64,000 nucleotides of DNA. It comes from Promethearchaeota archaeon (lineage in GTDB: Archaea > Asgardarchaeota > Lokiarchaeia > Sigyniarchaeales > SOKP01). Numbering within the stretch: the first letter of the stretch is position 1; each line of letters begins with the position of its first letter. The stretch lies in assembly GCA_013375475.1 (NCBI GenBank), contig JABXKD010000002.1, positions 1 to 64,000 on the forward strand, given 5' to 3'. Shown here in pieces: positions 18,450 through 29,109 of the stretch. A program made the position numbers and the translations under genes. The notes below the pieces were generated by a model, which worked only from the letters and a program-made list of their open reading frames with translations, was not told the DNA's origin and searched no databases.

Positions 18450-19481
18450 TTAAATATATCTCTGACTAACGTTCGTTTGAAATATTTGCTCTCTTTGATT
18501 TTGCTGCGTACTCCCTCCTCTTTTTGACACAATATAGAACTGAACTAACGAATCTTCGTGTACAAGAGTATTGCCGCGCCATTTTTTATCCTTCGACTCA
18601 AATTCAACCACGTCGCCAAGACCAATACCTTTCCTTGTTGTGAAATTCAATTTAAGGCTCTGAAACGCCTTGATTAATTGGATATCGCTTAAATCGGAGT
18701 TCTCCTTAACTGGTTTGTCTTTAAATCTTAGCGATTCGATGGCAAACGCTTTGAGGATATCTTTACTCATTGCTGCCCATACATGTGGATTGGCGTAAAA
18801 TTCTATTCCAATAAATTCACCATTGATAAAAGTAGCAATTCCACACTGGTTCTCACTGTTTTTAAACGAGTTTACGATCTTTTCCGTTTCTTCGTCAATG
18901 TTTTCAGTCATTTCTAAATAGCTCTGAGTCGGGGCAATTTTGTTGCTATAATTCATTTCGGTTCTATACGCCTGTATTTCGTTCCATACTGAGCTCTGAC
19001 CAGCAGATGATATGGCTTCGTATGCAACATTAGGATGTAGTCTTGTACTGGAAGACTTGAAACCTTTTCCCTTCCGATAATTCCATCTCGATTGTTCTAC
19101 GCATTTTGCTGGGATCGTGTATTTTTGCTCCATCGCTCCTTTATTGGTACCAGAAATACTTTGCTTCCCTCCTGCTGCTAAAAGGATCGGTTCCCAAATA
19201 GTTCTATCCTGTTTCCCACCGTGAACGGTTACACCAAAAGGGATTAATACTTGTTTATCACTATTATTTATAACTTCTAATTGACTAACCGTATCTGTTT
19301 CATTTATGCTTATTAAGCCGAGTTCTTCAGCTTCTTTAACGCTTATAAATTCTAAGGTTTTACCCTTATAGATTATTGGGATTACAGTCATGTTAGCGTG
19401 AGATTGAGGTTTTCCAAATTCTAAAATTTCTAAAGGATTTTCAAACAACATTTCTACAATTTGAACGCTTTTATTTTTCAT
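18450..19481 (-). CDS. ARPP-1 (DUF6569-like) domain protein
   Basis: NMTVIPI…VSQLEVINNSDKQVLIPFG…GGKQDRT…IPAKCVEQSRW…QSSVW resembles ARPP-1 family motifs. Confidence 0.75.
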   Translation of the reverse strand: MKNKSVQIVEMLFENPLEILEFGKPQSHANMTVIPIIYKGKTLEFISVKEAEELGLISINETDTVSQLEVINNSDKQVLIPFGVTVHGGKQDRTIWEPILLAAGGKQSISGTNKGAMEQKYTIPAKCVEQSRWNYRKGKGFKSSSTRLHPNVAYEAISSAGQSSVWNEIQAYRTEMNYSNKIAPTQSYLEMTENIDEETEKIVNSFKNSENQCGIATFINGEFIGIEFYANPHVWAAMSKDILKAFAIESLRFKDKPVKENSDLSDIQLIKAFQSLKLNFTTRKGIGLGDVVEFESKDKKWRGNTLVHEDSLVQFYIVSKRGGSTQQNQREQIFQTNVSQRYI

Positions 19482-19484
19482 AAT

Positions 19485-19913
19485 TTAATGTCCTCCTTTT
19501 TTCTTATTTTTGCGTTCTTCTTTATGCTCTTTATCTATATTTACTTCTTCGTAAAGAGGTTCTATAAACTGGTTAGCAATATCCTTACCATTTTTTGTAA
19601 GTTCGACACCATAAGAGATTTTTAACTTTCCATTCTCTGTTACTTTATTAACTATCGCACCCTTCAGTTTTGACGCTTCTTCTTCTGAAACTTCCAATTT
19701 CTGTGTTTTGATAATACCACCTCTTTTTAACGCACCTATGTGATAATTAATGTTTTGGCGTTCAACGTCTAATTTATTTGCTAAATCTACAGGTCGTTGA
19801 GAACTTGTAGAAAGCTCCCTAAGTATGTCTACTCTCATTGGGTTTCGAAATACAAGACCCACTTTTTCAAAGATTGGTTTTTTTTTTTCTTTTTTTCCAT
19901 TTTTTTCAGGCAT
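19485..19913 (-). CDS. ArsR-like winged-helix transcription regulator
   Basis: NPMRVDILREL…RPVDLANKLDVERQNINYHIGALKRGGII. Confidence 0.88.
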   Translation of the reverse strand: MPEKNGKKEKKKPIFEKVGLVFRNPMRVDILRELSTSSQRPVDLANKLDVERQNINYHIGALKRGGIIKTQKLEVSEEEASKLKGAIVNKVTENGKLKISYGVELTKNGKDIANQFIEPLYEEVNIDKEHKEERKNKKKGGH

Positions 19914-19929
19914 AAAAAATCACAATACT

Positions 19930-19963
19930 TTTTTTACTGTAAAAAATCTTTTTACTATAAAAA
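19930..19963. promoter_or_regulatory. Tandem palindromic operator candidates upstream of the ArsR-like gene
   Basis: TTTTTTAC-T-GTAAAAAA (19930-19946, perfect) and TTTTTAC-T-ATAAAAA (19949-19963). Confidence 0.5.
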
Positions 19964-20515
19964 TTATTATTACTTTTTCTATTTAAATGTTTGCATAGAA
20001 TCCTTTTTTTTTTACAAAAATTTATCAAAATTAGAGTAGAAGAAGGGTAATTAAGTATCTCATATTAAAACTAAAAACTTAAAAATTTTATTAAATATGG
20101 ATACAAACTATTTTTTGAGCGAAATATTTCGAAGGATTTAAACTTCTGCTAACATTTTTAATGTATTTTTCTGCCTATTTTCTATATTTTCTACATTTTC
20201 GAAGTTACTTCTTTTTAAAAACAGCTTCAAGTATTTGTGCTCGTTTTTCGTTATCTTTAACGATTGCAGAAATCTAGAATGACGATAAATATTCCAATCA
20301 GTACTTTGCATGGTACCATTGAAATGTTAGATCAGGATTATAAAGAAGATGAGTATGAGAGTTTTCTATTAATTCGGGTTATAATAACAAATAAGATAGA
20401 TTTCGAATAATTTAACTTGGTTCATTCTTTTTCTAACGAAACTAGTTAAGTTTTATTAACGCGTTCAGTCAGATTTAATTCATGAGATTTAAATAGAAAA
20501 AAATTACATAAATGC

Positions 20516-21994
20516 ATGTTATTGGTAAATATGGATATAATAGATGTGTTTTTACACCCAAAATCTGTTGCTGTCATTGGAGCTTCGAAAAAGTTCACAA
20601 AAGGCGGATTTCGAATCACTACAAACCTTGTAACTAATAACTACAAAGGAAAGGTTTATCTTGTTAATCCAAACGCAGATGGTAAACTATACGATTTAGA
20701 ATTCAAAAAATCAATTTTAGATATTGAGGGAGATGTCGATATTGCGATATTTTACGTTCCAAATCGATTTATTCCTGACCTATTAAAAGACTGCATAAAA
20801 AAAGGGGTTAAAGGTGCGATTATTGAAGCATCGGGGTTCGAAGAAGTCGGTGACAAAGGATTAGAATTGAAAAAAAAAGTGATTGAAATAACGCAAAATT
20901 TCACTAAAATCAGAGTTGTAGGACCTAATTGTATGGGACTTAGTACTATTGATGGCGATAGCGACAGCGAAGAAAAAGAAGCATTCTTGACCGGATTTGG
21001 CGTTTTTTCTACTTTTAAGAGGGGTAATATTGGAATTATAAGTCAATCCGGAATGTTGAATGGGGGATATCTAATGCATTTAATGACGCAATATCCAAAT
21101 TTAGGATTTAGATATTCTTGTTCTGTTGGAAATAAAACGGATTTGAGCGAAATAGAATTTTTAGAATATATGATAAAGGACGATACTGTGAACGTTATTG
21201 CTATTTATTTAGAATCGTTTAAAGATCCAAGAAAATTTATTGAATTGTGTAAAAAAGCCAAAACTATGCCAAACAAAACTATCCTTTTGTTAAGAGGGGG
21301 AATCACCAGCCAAGGTCAAAAAGCAACTCTTAGTCATACGGGATCTATGGCTGAAAATGCTCGGTTAATAAACGGAATTATTAAGCAATCAGGATCAATT
21401 CAAGTAAATAGTTTTTACGAATTATTTCAGTACGCTCGTTCATTTTCAATGATGTATAAAACTGGAAAAACCTTCCCTAAGAAGGGTAACGTTTCATTTG
21501 TGGCAGGTTCTGGTGGTGCTGGGACGATTACTGCTGATCTTACAATGAAATATGGTTTAACACTTCCAGTTCTAGAAGACCAAACCTATAGTGTCCTTGT
21601 TAATGTTTTTCCCGATTGGATGCCGCCAAATCGATTCGCATTTGTAGATATTTGGCCAGCTATGGAAAAAGCTATGATGAACAATATAAATCCCGGAGAT
21701 GTGTCAAGTCAAGTCTATAAAGCTTTAGTAAGCGATCCTAATATAGAAGGAATCTTTAACATGCAATTTTGCTCAAAACAATTCAAAGGGATGAGCAACA
21801 TTAAGGAAATCATTAAAATTGCTGAAAATTCTCATAAACCATTTTACTTTTGGTTAGTGGGAGATGCGAAGGAAGTCCAGAGAATTTCAAATCAGTTAGG
21901 GAAGCATCAAATTCCTAATTTTCCTAGTTTGGAAGAAATGGTAAAAAATTTCAGCATTTTAGTTCGAGAGTCAAAAAATACAAGTGGTGTTTGA
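20516..21994 (+). CDS. acdA: NDP-forming acyl-CoA synthetase, alpha subunit
   Basis: PKSVAVIGAS CoA-binding, VVGPNCMG, ISQSG, SHTGS phospho-His, GSGGAG. Confidence 0.88.
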   Translation: MLLVNMDIIDVFLHPKSVAVIGASKKFTKGGFRITTNLVTNNYKGKVYLVNPNADGKLYDLEFKKSILDIEGDVDIAIFYVPNRFIPDLLKDCIKKGVKGAIIEASGFEEVGDKGLELKKKVIEITQNFTKIRVVGPNCMGLSTIDGDSDSEEKEAFLTGFGVFSTFKRGNIGIISQSGMLNGGYLMHLMTQYPNLGFRYSCSVGNKTDLSEIEFLEYMIKDDTVNVIAIYLESFKDPRKFIELCKKAKTMPNKTILLLRGGITSQGQKATLSHTGSMAENARLINGIIKQSGSIQVNSFYELFQYARSFSMMYKTGKTFPKKGNVSFVAGSGGAGTITADLTMKYGLTLPVLEDQTYSVLVNVFPDWMPPNRFAFVDIWPAMEKAMMNNINPGDVSSQVYKALVSDPNIEGIFNMQFCSKQFKGMSNIKEIIKIAENSHKPFYFWLVGDAKEVQRISNQLGKHQIPNFPSLEEMVKNFSILVRESKNTSGV

Positions 21995-22086
21995 TTCCTA
22001 AATACGCACTATATTTTTTTCGCTTAAAAAAAAGAATAAAATACTCAACCCTAAAACCTTAAGATTTCAAGACTGAGAATTAAAAT

Positions 22087-22797
22087 CTAAATTTCTACTT
22101 TATATTTTTGTAGTTTCCAAGCTCCGAATCCTTGAATTAAAAAGCAGAGTAAAAAGGAGTATTGAGAGAATTTTTGCATGGAAGCTTGTATTATTAGTCC
22201 GTCTAACGTAATGGATTCTGGTATAGTGATTAAAACTATGGTATAAATAACTACAATAATTAACAGAGCGATATATACAAAACCGTATAAATTTGGGTAA
22301 TCTTTATTGTTTAGAACGGCAATAGTAAAAAAAATTATACCAAGTATACCAGTAATATTAAACAAATTTGAAAAGATCAAATGCGTTCTATCAAAAAGGT
22401 CCCAAGGAGTGAGAATTGTAGCGATCAAAAAGCCACCAGACACTAAACAAATTAAAGCACCTATTTTGGCTATTAAATACTGCCTTTTATCGTTTTTAAA
22501 ATATGACGAGATTACGAAAGCAAAGGGGATAAACGAAAGACTTAATATCAACGCTGTAATTGTAAATATTGTAAAGGAAACAACATTCGAAGCTCCTGAA
22601 AGCGCTATAATACGACCTAAATCACTAAAAAAATTACCCCAAAAATAATATCCTGGACTTAGAGGATCTATCATGGTACCTCCTGCATAAAATACCATAG
22701 CTACAGCTGTTAATACTATATATTGAGCGGGACCGAATATTACAAATAATGAAGCAAACATTTTCCAATTTTTAATTAACTTCAATAAAACCACCAA
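22087..22797 (-). CDS. Integral membrane protein (DUF998-like)
   Basis: GYYFWGNFFSDLG motif and ~6 TM. Confidence 0.7.
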   Translation of the reverse strand: MVVLLKLIKNWKMFASLFVIFGPAQYIVLTAVAMVFYAGGTMIDPLSPGYYFWGNFFSDLGRIIALSGASNVVSFTIFTITALILSLSFIPFAFVISSYFKNDKRQYLIAKIGALICLVSGGFLIATILTPWDLFDRTHLIFSNLFNITGILGIIFFTIAVLNNKDYPNLYGFVYIALLIIVVIYTIVLITIPESITLDGLIIQASMQKFSQYSFLLCFLIQGFGAWKLQKYKVEI

Positions 22798-22930
22798 ATG
22801 GTTAATTCTTATTATATTTTTAAACTAACATTTTTAAAGCTCGAAAATAATTACACCTAACTAAAAAATCTATTTTCTAAAAATCAAAAAAAAGAGTAGA
22901 TTTACAATATTTTAGCTCCTTAGAATGACC

Positions 22931-23752
22931 TTACTTGGCGTATTTTGGTTTGGAGATGAATCCAATAAATATTAATAAATTGACACCTATATCGATTAAT
23001 TCAGCAAAAATGCCCAAAGAAAGATCGGTATTAATTAGGATTGTCCGTATCAAATTCGATATCAGAAAACAAATAAAAGCAATTCCAATTATCAATCCGT
23101 TTGCTTGAACGAGACGCTTATTTTTGTACATGAACAAAAACATGAAAGCAATTGCAATGTAAATTAATATGGTAACGAAGGGAAACACTAGATTAAGAAA
23201 ATCCACTGACGGTGCTAGGATAATAACCAATGTTGTCACCAAAACATAGCCTAGCATAATTCTTAATCGCAACTTGTTAAATTGCTTCTTATTCATCTCT
23301 TTATTTTTATTCATATTAATATATATAAGAATTGCGTCTAAACCAATATACAATATAGGCATTAAATTCACAATTATTACGAAAAACCTGACCTTTGCTA
23401 AAAGTAAGATAAGTTCGGAAGGAAATGCACCGGAGATAAACACTAAATTAAAGAAGAGATCGTAGATTTTTGCACAAGTTAATATTCCAAAAAAGGATCC
23501 AAATAAAAAGTAGGCGTCTGATATGTATATAGCTTCTTGTCTTAACCATTTCCGAAATAGAACGAACGACATAATTCCAAGTATAAAAACTCTTGAGATT
23601 ATTGCGACTACTCCAATCCATAGACCTTCATTGCTAAGAATAATAGTAATTAAATCAGACCAATACAAAGAATATAAAATGCTAAAGACGATCGCTAAAA
23701 CGATAATCACGGTAAAAATGCTATATAGAAACTTTTTCTTTTTACTTTCCAT
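22931..23752 (-). CDS. Hypothetical polytopic membrane protein (~7-8 TM)
   Basis: Hydrophobicity pattern. Confidence 0.75.
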   Translation of the reverse strand: MESKKKKFLYSIFTVIIVLAIVFSILYSLYWSDLITIILSNEGLWIGVVAIISRVFILGIMSFVLFRKWLRQEAIYISDAYFLFGSFFGILTCAKIYDLFFNLVFISGAFPSELILLLAKVRFFVIIVNLMPILYIGLDAILIYINMNKNKEMNKKQFNKLRLRIMLGYVLVTTLVIILAPSVDFLNLVFPFVTILIYIAIAFMFLFMYKNKRLVQANGLIIGIAFICFLISNLIRTILINTDLSLGIFAELIDIGVNLLIFIGFISKPKYAK

Positions 23753-23948
23753 TTTTTACAACCTTTTGACTTTAGACAAGATAATTCTATTTTAATATGA
23801 TGTTAAAATATCTTATCTGTTCTAAACATTATTTTGTAAAATTCTTTTAAAAACCCTCTTTTTTTTTCTTTTAACTTAATTTTAAGAAGAAGAATTTCCA
23901 TTATTTTAGAAATAATATAGCAATATAAAAATAATTTTATAGTTTTTT

Positions 23949-25322
23949 ATGGTTTACTTTAAGATAAATGGATTAGGATATAATTGCGGGTATAACGAGA
24001 ATAAGTGTCCAAACGAGAAGGAATCTTGTATAGAATGTATTAAAGCGCGGTTAAAGGAATTAGGGTTCGAATTCGACTCAACGATAGAGATAATTAAAGT
24101 AGATTCTATTGAAAAGCAGCTGAAATTGGAAAGAGAAACGATATGGCGGAAATTCTTAGATGTATTAAATATTAAGCACATAATTGTAATGGATAAAGGA
24201 TCAGGTCTAACCCTCTTAAACTATGCAGTCTCAGGAGTCGATATTGACGCTAATTTGTTGACTGGCTTTATTCAAGCTAACATTACATTTTCCGAATCGG
24301 GAGAAGTGTCGGATCAATATCTTATACCTTCATTTGAATACAATTATTATGAATTTCAATACAAAAGCTTTAACATTCTACTCAAGGATGGAGATTATGT
24401 AAGAGTATGCTTAATACTAGATCACAAAGCTTCTAATAAACTGAAAAGTCATACTTTTCGATTTGTAGAAGGGTTTGAACACTCTTTCGAAAATGAGCTT
24501 ATTATCTTTCAAGATACTGGTGGTATTGAAACTAATAATATGATTAATGCTATTGTTGAATCTTTTAATATTAGTCTTATGTTTCCAATGACTTTAGAGC
24601 ATTCAATTCCTCCCTATGAATTAGAAAAAGTTAAAAGAAGCGTAATACAGAAAGCAATCTATAATCTCGCAAATGAAATGCTTGCGGTGAAGCCCTTCTT
24701 TTTCATTTATAATATGCTTAAACGTCTTAAGAAAATCGTTAATATCGAAGACGAAGTCGTTATTTATGAAATTCACCAGCTATTGGAAAGACGCGTATTC
24801 AAACCTACATCAATAGAAGCTATGGCAAATAATATAGAATCAGTCCAAGAGGCCGATCAAAAAAAAGAGATGAAAACAAGCTCAATATCTTCAATTATTA
24901 TGAGTGATACAGATATCGATGAGTTAAAAGATCGATTAGAATTTATGGATGAGTATACAGCACATAAGTTAATTAAGGAAATAATGCGAAAAGCAAAAGC
25001 AGCGGAAAGGGATTCAACTTATCAGATTCCCATAAACGAGTACAATAAAGCCCTTTACATAGCACAAGATTTTAAATTCAAAGACGAAGTTAATAAGCTT
25101 TCTCGAAAAATTTTCGATCTAGAACATAAATTCAAAAACATAGAATTAGATTTCAATATTGAAAAAGCAGAAAATGCTGAGAAATACGGAGATTTTATTA
25201 ATAGTATTAATTATTTCCAAAAAGCTTTAGAAATTCTTGATGGTTTTAAAGTATATAATATAATTGATCCTAGGATAAAGAAATTCAAGAAAAAAATATT
25301 GAAGCTTAGGGATGAAATTTAA
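23949..25322 (+). CDS. Longin-like domain protein with Cys-rich N-terminus and C-terminal TPR/MIT-like helices
   Basis: IKHIIVMDKGSGLTLL…IDANLLTGFIQANITF…LKDGDYVRVCLIL longin-like pattern; AENAEKYGDFINSINYFQKALE. Confidence 0.7.
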   Translation: MVYFKINGLGYNCGYNENKCPNEKESCIECIKARLKELGFEFDSTIEIIKVDSIEKQLKLERETIWRKFLDVLNIKHIIVMDKGSGLTLLNYAVSGVDIDANLLTGFIQANITFSESGEVSDQYLIPSFEYNYYEFQYKSFNILLKDGDYVRVCLILDHKASNKLKSHTFRFVEGFEHSFENELIIFQDTGGIETNNMINAIVESFNISLMFPMTLEHSIPPYELEKVKRSVIQKAIYNLANEMLAVKPFFFIYNMLKRLKKIVNIEDEVVIYEIHQLLERRVFKPTSIEAMANNIESVQEADQKKEMKTSSISSIIMSDTDIDELKDRLEFMDEYTAHKLIKEIMRKAKAAERDSTYQIPINEYNKALYIAQDFKFKDEVNKLSRKIFDLEHKFKNIELDFNIEKAENAEKYGDFINSINYFQKALEILDGFKVYNIIDPRIKKFKKKILKLRDEI

Positions 25323-25454
25323 TCCTATATTATTGACACTTCTGTATAAACAGAAGAAGAAATATATTGTAAAAACTTTTTTACGTGTTAACATTACACA
25401 AATTAACTTTAAATAGAATTTTTATAATCTTTATCTGCAAAGATAATAATAATT

Positions 25455-25964
25455 ATGAAAAAAACAATAAAAGTCATAGTTTCTGGAGATGGTGGAGTAG
25501 GAAAAACCTCCTTTTTGAATCGTCTCGTTAACGACAGTTTTGACGATTATAGCGCATTAACAAAAGGCGTTGACTTTTATTCAAAAAGCATTTTTGTTAA
25601 TGGAACTGAATTTAATTTCATAATGTGGGACTTTGCTGGGCAAGATCGATTCAAAACACTGTTAAATGATTTTGTTGAAGGCTCTCTCGCCGCCTTTATT
25701 CTTTTTGATTTATCGAGAATTAATACCATAGAAAATGTGCATGATTGGATAATTACTCTAAAAACATTTGGACATATTCCTATTATCTTGATAGGGACTA
25801 AAAATGATTTAATTTCTCCTCCTGAATCTCAGCTTATCGATAATTATATCTCTGAAATTAAGCAAGAGTATGATAATGTAATGTCGTACATAAAAATATC
25901 TTCGAAGACTGGGGAAAATATTAGAAACGCATTCAAATTTTTAATAGGAAATCTGATTCTTTAA
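25455..25964 (+). CDS. Rab-like small GTPase
   Basis: GDGGVGKT, TKGVDF, WDFAGQDRF, TKND, SSKTG. Confidence 0.92.
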   Translation: MKKTIKVIVSGDGGVGKTSFLNRLVNDSFDDYSALTKGVDFYSKSIFVNGTEFNFIMWDFAGQDRFKTLLNDFVEGSLAAFILFDLSRINTIENVHDWIITLKTFGHIPIILIGTKNDLISPPESQLIDNYISEIKQEYDNVMSYIKISSKTGENIRNAFKFLIGNLIL

Positions 25965-25988
25965 CTTAATCTGTTAATTAAAGAATTT

Positions 25989-27023
25989 TTAAACTTTCTC
26001 AATCCATCCAAATTCGTCATCGATCTCTAAACGTTGAATTCCTGTCAGGAGTTCGTATAGTTTTCGTGTAAATTCTCCTGGTTCTCCTTCACTAAACAGC
26101 CTTCTTTTATCGTCTAGTACGACAGATTTAATAGGAGTGACAACAGCAGCAGTTCCGGAACAAAAAGCTTCGGTACAGGAATCCTCAAACAGTTCCTTGT
26201 AAGATATGTCTCTTTCTTCCGTTTTCATTCCTATTTTCTTTGAAGCTAAGTCTAGTATTGATTTTCGAGTAATGCCCGGTAAAATTGTGCCCGCAGTTTT
26301 TGGAGTTACTAGCGTTCCATTAATCACCGCAAAGAAGTTAGCTGTTCCGACCTCGTCTATAAATTCGGAATGCACTGCGTCTAGAAAAATAACTTGAGCA
26401 AATCCCCTTTCCTTCGTCTCCTTCGCAGGTAACATAGACCCTGCGTAATTACAACAAGTTTTAGCCGCTCCAGTTCCCCCAGGGGCAGCTCTTGTATATT
26501 TTTTAGTAATTTCTAAATCGATACCTGTAAAACCTTCTGGAAAATAGGGTCCTACTGGAACCGCGAATATTATTATTTTGTATTCTTTCGCAGGTTTTAC
26601 TCCAACTATAGGGCCTGTTCCAATCATTAAAGGTCGAATATAAAGCGCTCCACCACTATCGTACGGTGGTATGTAATCCTCGTTAGCTTTCACTACGTCC
26701 TTTACGGCAGAAACAAAACTATCTGTATGATAAATTGGCATTAACAATCTTTCTGCACTATCGTTGAATCTTTTTGCGTTTTCTTTAGGTCGAAAAAGTA
26801 CAATTTCTCCGTTCTTAGCCCTTAAAGCTTTCATCCCCTCGAAAATTCCCTGACCATAGTTTAATACACAAGCCGCTGGTGAAATTTCAAAATTGCCGAA
26901 AGGTACTAATTTTCCTTTTTCCCATTTTCCATCTTCGTAATTTGAGACAAACATTTCTTTTGTTTCTATAAACTCGAAACCTAGAGAATAGTAATCTATA
27001 TCTTTAGCATCCATAAATATCAA
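25989..27023 (-). CDS. ilvE: Branched-chain amino acid aminotransferase
   Basis: LNYGQGIFEGMKA, LYIRP, AKTCCNY (PLP Lys), ILPGITR. Confidence 0.95.
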   Translation of the reverse strand: MIFMDAKDIDYYSLGFEFIETKEMFVSNYEDGKWEKGKLVPFGNFEISPAACVLNYGQGIFEGMKALRAKNGEIVLFRPKENAKRFNDSAERLLMPIYHTDSFVSAVKDVVKANEDYIPPYDSGGALYIRPLMIGTGPIVGVKPAKEYKIIIFAVPVGPYFPEGFTGIDLEITKKYTRAAPGGTGAAKTCCNYAGSMLPAKETKERGFAQVIFLDAVHSEFIDEVGTANFFAVINGTLVTPKTAGTILPGITRKSILDLASKKIGMKTEERDISYKELFEDSCTEAFCSGTAAVVTPIKSVVLDDKRRLFSEGEPGEFTRKLYELLTGIQRLEIDDEFGWIEKV

Positions 27024-27195
27024 TTCCTTGTTTATTATATCAGATTTATTTAATGAAGAGTATACTAAAAAATTTTATTGATAAAAATCAGTATATCAAC
27101 AGTCTTTAGAAAATCAATAAAAATAAATAAAAAAAACAAGATTTATAAATTAATTTGAGAAAATGTCTAAAGGTAAAAGTTAACACTCAAGAGCT

Positions 27196-28140
27196 ATGAC
27201 CGAAAATCCTCGAATATCAAACGAATTTAAAATAGTTATTGCAGGATTAGATAACGCAGGAAAAACAAGCGCTTTAATAGCGTTAAGACAAAAATATAAT
27301 TTCTATGAACGAGTAAAAAATTTAAAACCCACCATCAAAATAGATTACAGCTCCTTCAAGTTCCTTAAAACCTTCCGTATTAATCTCTGGGACATGGGAG
27401 GGCAAAAAAAATTTAGAAAAATTTACATTAATAATCCTATTTATTTTGAAGATACCGATTATATTTATTATCTCATAGATATGCAAGATGAAATCAAATT
27501 TGAGGAAACCATAGAATATCTTCACGAATTACTTGAAATCTATAGAACTTTGAGTTATTCTAATGAAGTAATAATATGTTTTAACAAATTTGATCCCCAG
27601 TTTAAAAGTAGTGTAGAATTTTTAGATCGAGCGAATATGATTAAAAATTTGATTATATCGCAAAATAAGGATATTAAATTTGAATTTTATAATACATCAT
27701 ATTACGACATCTCATCAATTTCGCAAGCTTTTTCTCATTCGTTAAATAGCTTATTAAATTTAGACGATGTAGATGACGGATTAAATAAGTTAGTAAAAAA
27801 TTTTAATTGTAGATATGCAATTTTATACACAGATTCGGGTATAATTATATCTGACCATTACATAGACACGATGGATATAAGAGAGTTTGAGGAGAAAATA
27901 AGTCGTAAGATTAGCGAAAACCTCGAATTTTTTCAGAGGTTAAAGGATGAGAACGTTAATATAGATGATAGATTAGCTTTTTCAAACGATAAAGCTGATT
28001 ATGTAAAAAAATTTTCAATCTTATCTGAGAATAAAGATAATACCTTCTACATTGGAGTGAGTACGACATTAAGTAAGATTAATGAAATTAAGACTGAATT
28101 AGAAAAATTAAGAAATGTTTTACAAATGAGTTTTACTTAA
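27196..28140 (+). CDS. Arf/Rag-like small GTPase with C-terminal roadblock/longin-like domain
   Basis: GLDNAGKT, PT, WDMGGQ, NKFD, TSYY; C-terminal 'YAILYTDSGIIISD'. Confidence 0.9.
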   Translation: MTENPRISNEFKIVIAGLDNAGKTSALIALRQKYNFYERVKNLKPTIKIDYSSFKFLKTFRINLWDMGGQKKFRKIYINNPIYFEDTDYIYYLIDMQDEIKFEETIEYLHELLEIYRTLSYSNEVIICFNKFDPQFKSSVEFLDRANMIKNLIISQNKDIKFEFYNTSYYDISSISQAFSHSLNSLLNLDDVDDGLNKLVKNFNCRYAILYTDSGIIISDHYIDTMDIREFEEKISRKISENLEFFQRLKDENVNIDDRLAFSNDKADYVKKFSILSENKDNTFYIGVSTTLSKINEIKTELEKLRNVLQMSFT

Positions 28141-28233
28141 ACTTACATACTTCCTCTCGATATCGATTTCTTTAACACCTTTTATTTTTCCCATAAACAA
28201 AATATTTTTCTAAAATATAACGCTACTTTACAT

Positions 28234-29109
28234 ATGGCGCTTCAAAAAATGACGGCTAAGAAAATCATCGAGAAAAAAAAGCAGGGAGAAAAAATTGTTA
28301 CCATAACCTCGTACGATTATTCATTTGCTAAAATTGTAGATGATTGCGGGATAGATTTAATTCTCGTCGGCGATTCCCTTTCCATGGTAGTTCTTGGATA
28401 TAAAAATACGTTATCAGTTACGATAGACGAAATGATTCACCACACTAAAGCAGTAGTTAGAGGGGTGTCGAATTCTATGGTCGTTGGCGATATGCCCTTT
28501 TTATCTTACAAAATCGGGATCAAGGAGGCAGTAAAAAATGCGGGAAGGTTTATTCAAGAAGGTGGCGCGGAAGCTGTCAAAGTTGAGGGCGGAGCTAAAA
28601 TATGTCCGACGATAAAAGCTATGATCGATGCAGATATACTAGTGATGGGCCACATAGGACTAACACCTCAGGCAGTATATAGATTTGGTGGGTTCTTAGT
28701 ACAAGGAAAAACCGTAGAGGCCGCCAAAAAGTTAATAATTGACGCTAAAAAATTAGAAAAAACAGGTGTATTTTCAATCGTGCTTGAGAGCGTACCCTGG
28801 CAAATTGCAAAATTAATAACAAAGTCGTTAGACATTCCTACCATTGGTATTGGTGCTGGTCCGTATTGCGACGGGCAAATATTAGTTATAAATGATATGT
28901 TGGGGCTATTCACAGATTTTAAACCGAAATTTCTCAAGTATTTTGGGAATATTGGTACTTCCGTTCGAGAGGCTATAAATAACTATAAAAGCGAGGTAGA
29001 AGGAGGAGTATATCCCGATGCTGAACACTCCTACGAATTTCCAACAGAAGACTTGAATGAGATTGAAAGTTGGTTTGAAAGTGTTGAAATTGAAAAGGAA
29101 CTAAAGTAA
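28234..29109 (+). CDS. panB: 3-methyl-2-oxobutanoate hydroxymethyltransferase
   Basis: [37 protein letters not shown]. Confidence 0.97.
   Translation: MALQKMTAKKIIEKKKQGEKIVTITSYDYSFAKIVDDCGIDLILVGDSLSMVVLGYKNTLSVTIDEMIHHTKAVVRGVSNSMVVGDMPFLSYKIGIKEAVKNAGRFIQEGGAEAVKVEGGAKICPTIKAMIDADILVMGHIGLTPQAVYRFGGFLVQGKTVEAAKKLIIDAKKLEKTGVFSIVLESVPWQIAKLITKSLDIPTIGIGAGPYCDGQILVINDMLGLFTDFKPKFLKYFGNIGTSVREAINNYKSEVEGGVYPDAEHSYEFPTEDLNEIESWFESVEIEKELK

Noticed and set aside
20138-20311. 57-aa minus-strand ORF containing short TATTTTCTA-type tandem repeats
   Set aside because: No SD or recognisable motif; low-complexity AT-rich intergenic DNA; cannot be supported.
21961-22003. Possible further degenerate repeat copy at the acdA 3' end (TTCGAGAG…GTGGTGTTTGATTCC)
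   Set aside because: Similarity is too weak and gapped to distinguish from chance.
29059-29086. GAGATTGAAAGTTGG in panB resembling box C
   Set aside because: Short match inside coding sequence (EIESW); lacks the TTTC and GTTCC ends.
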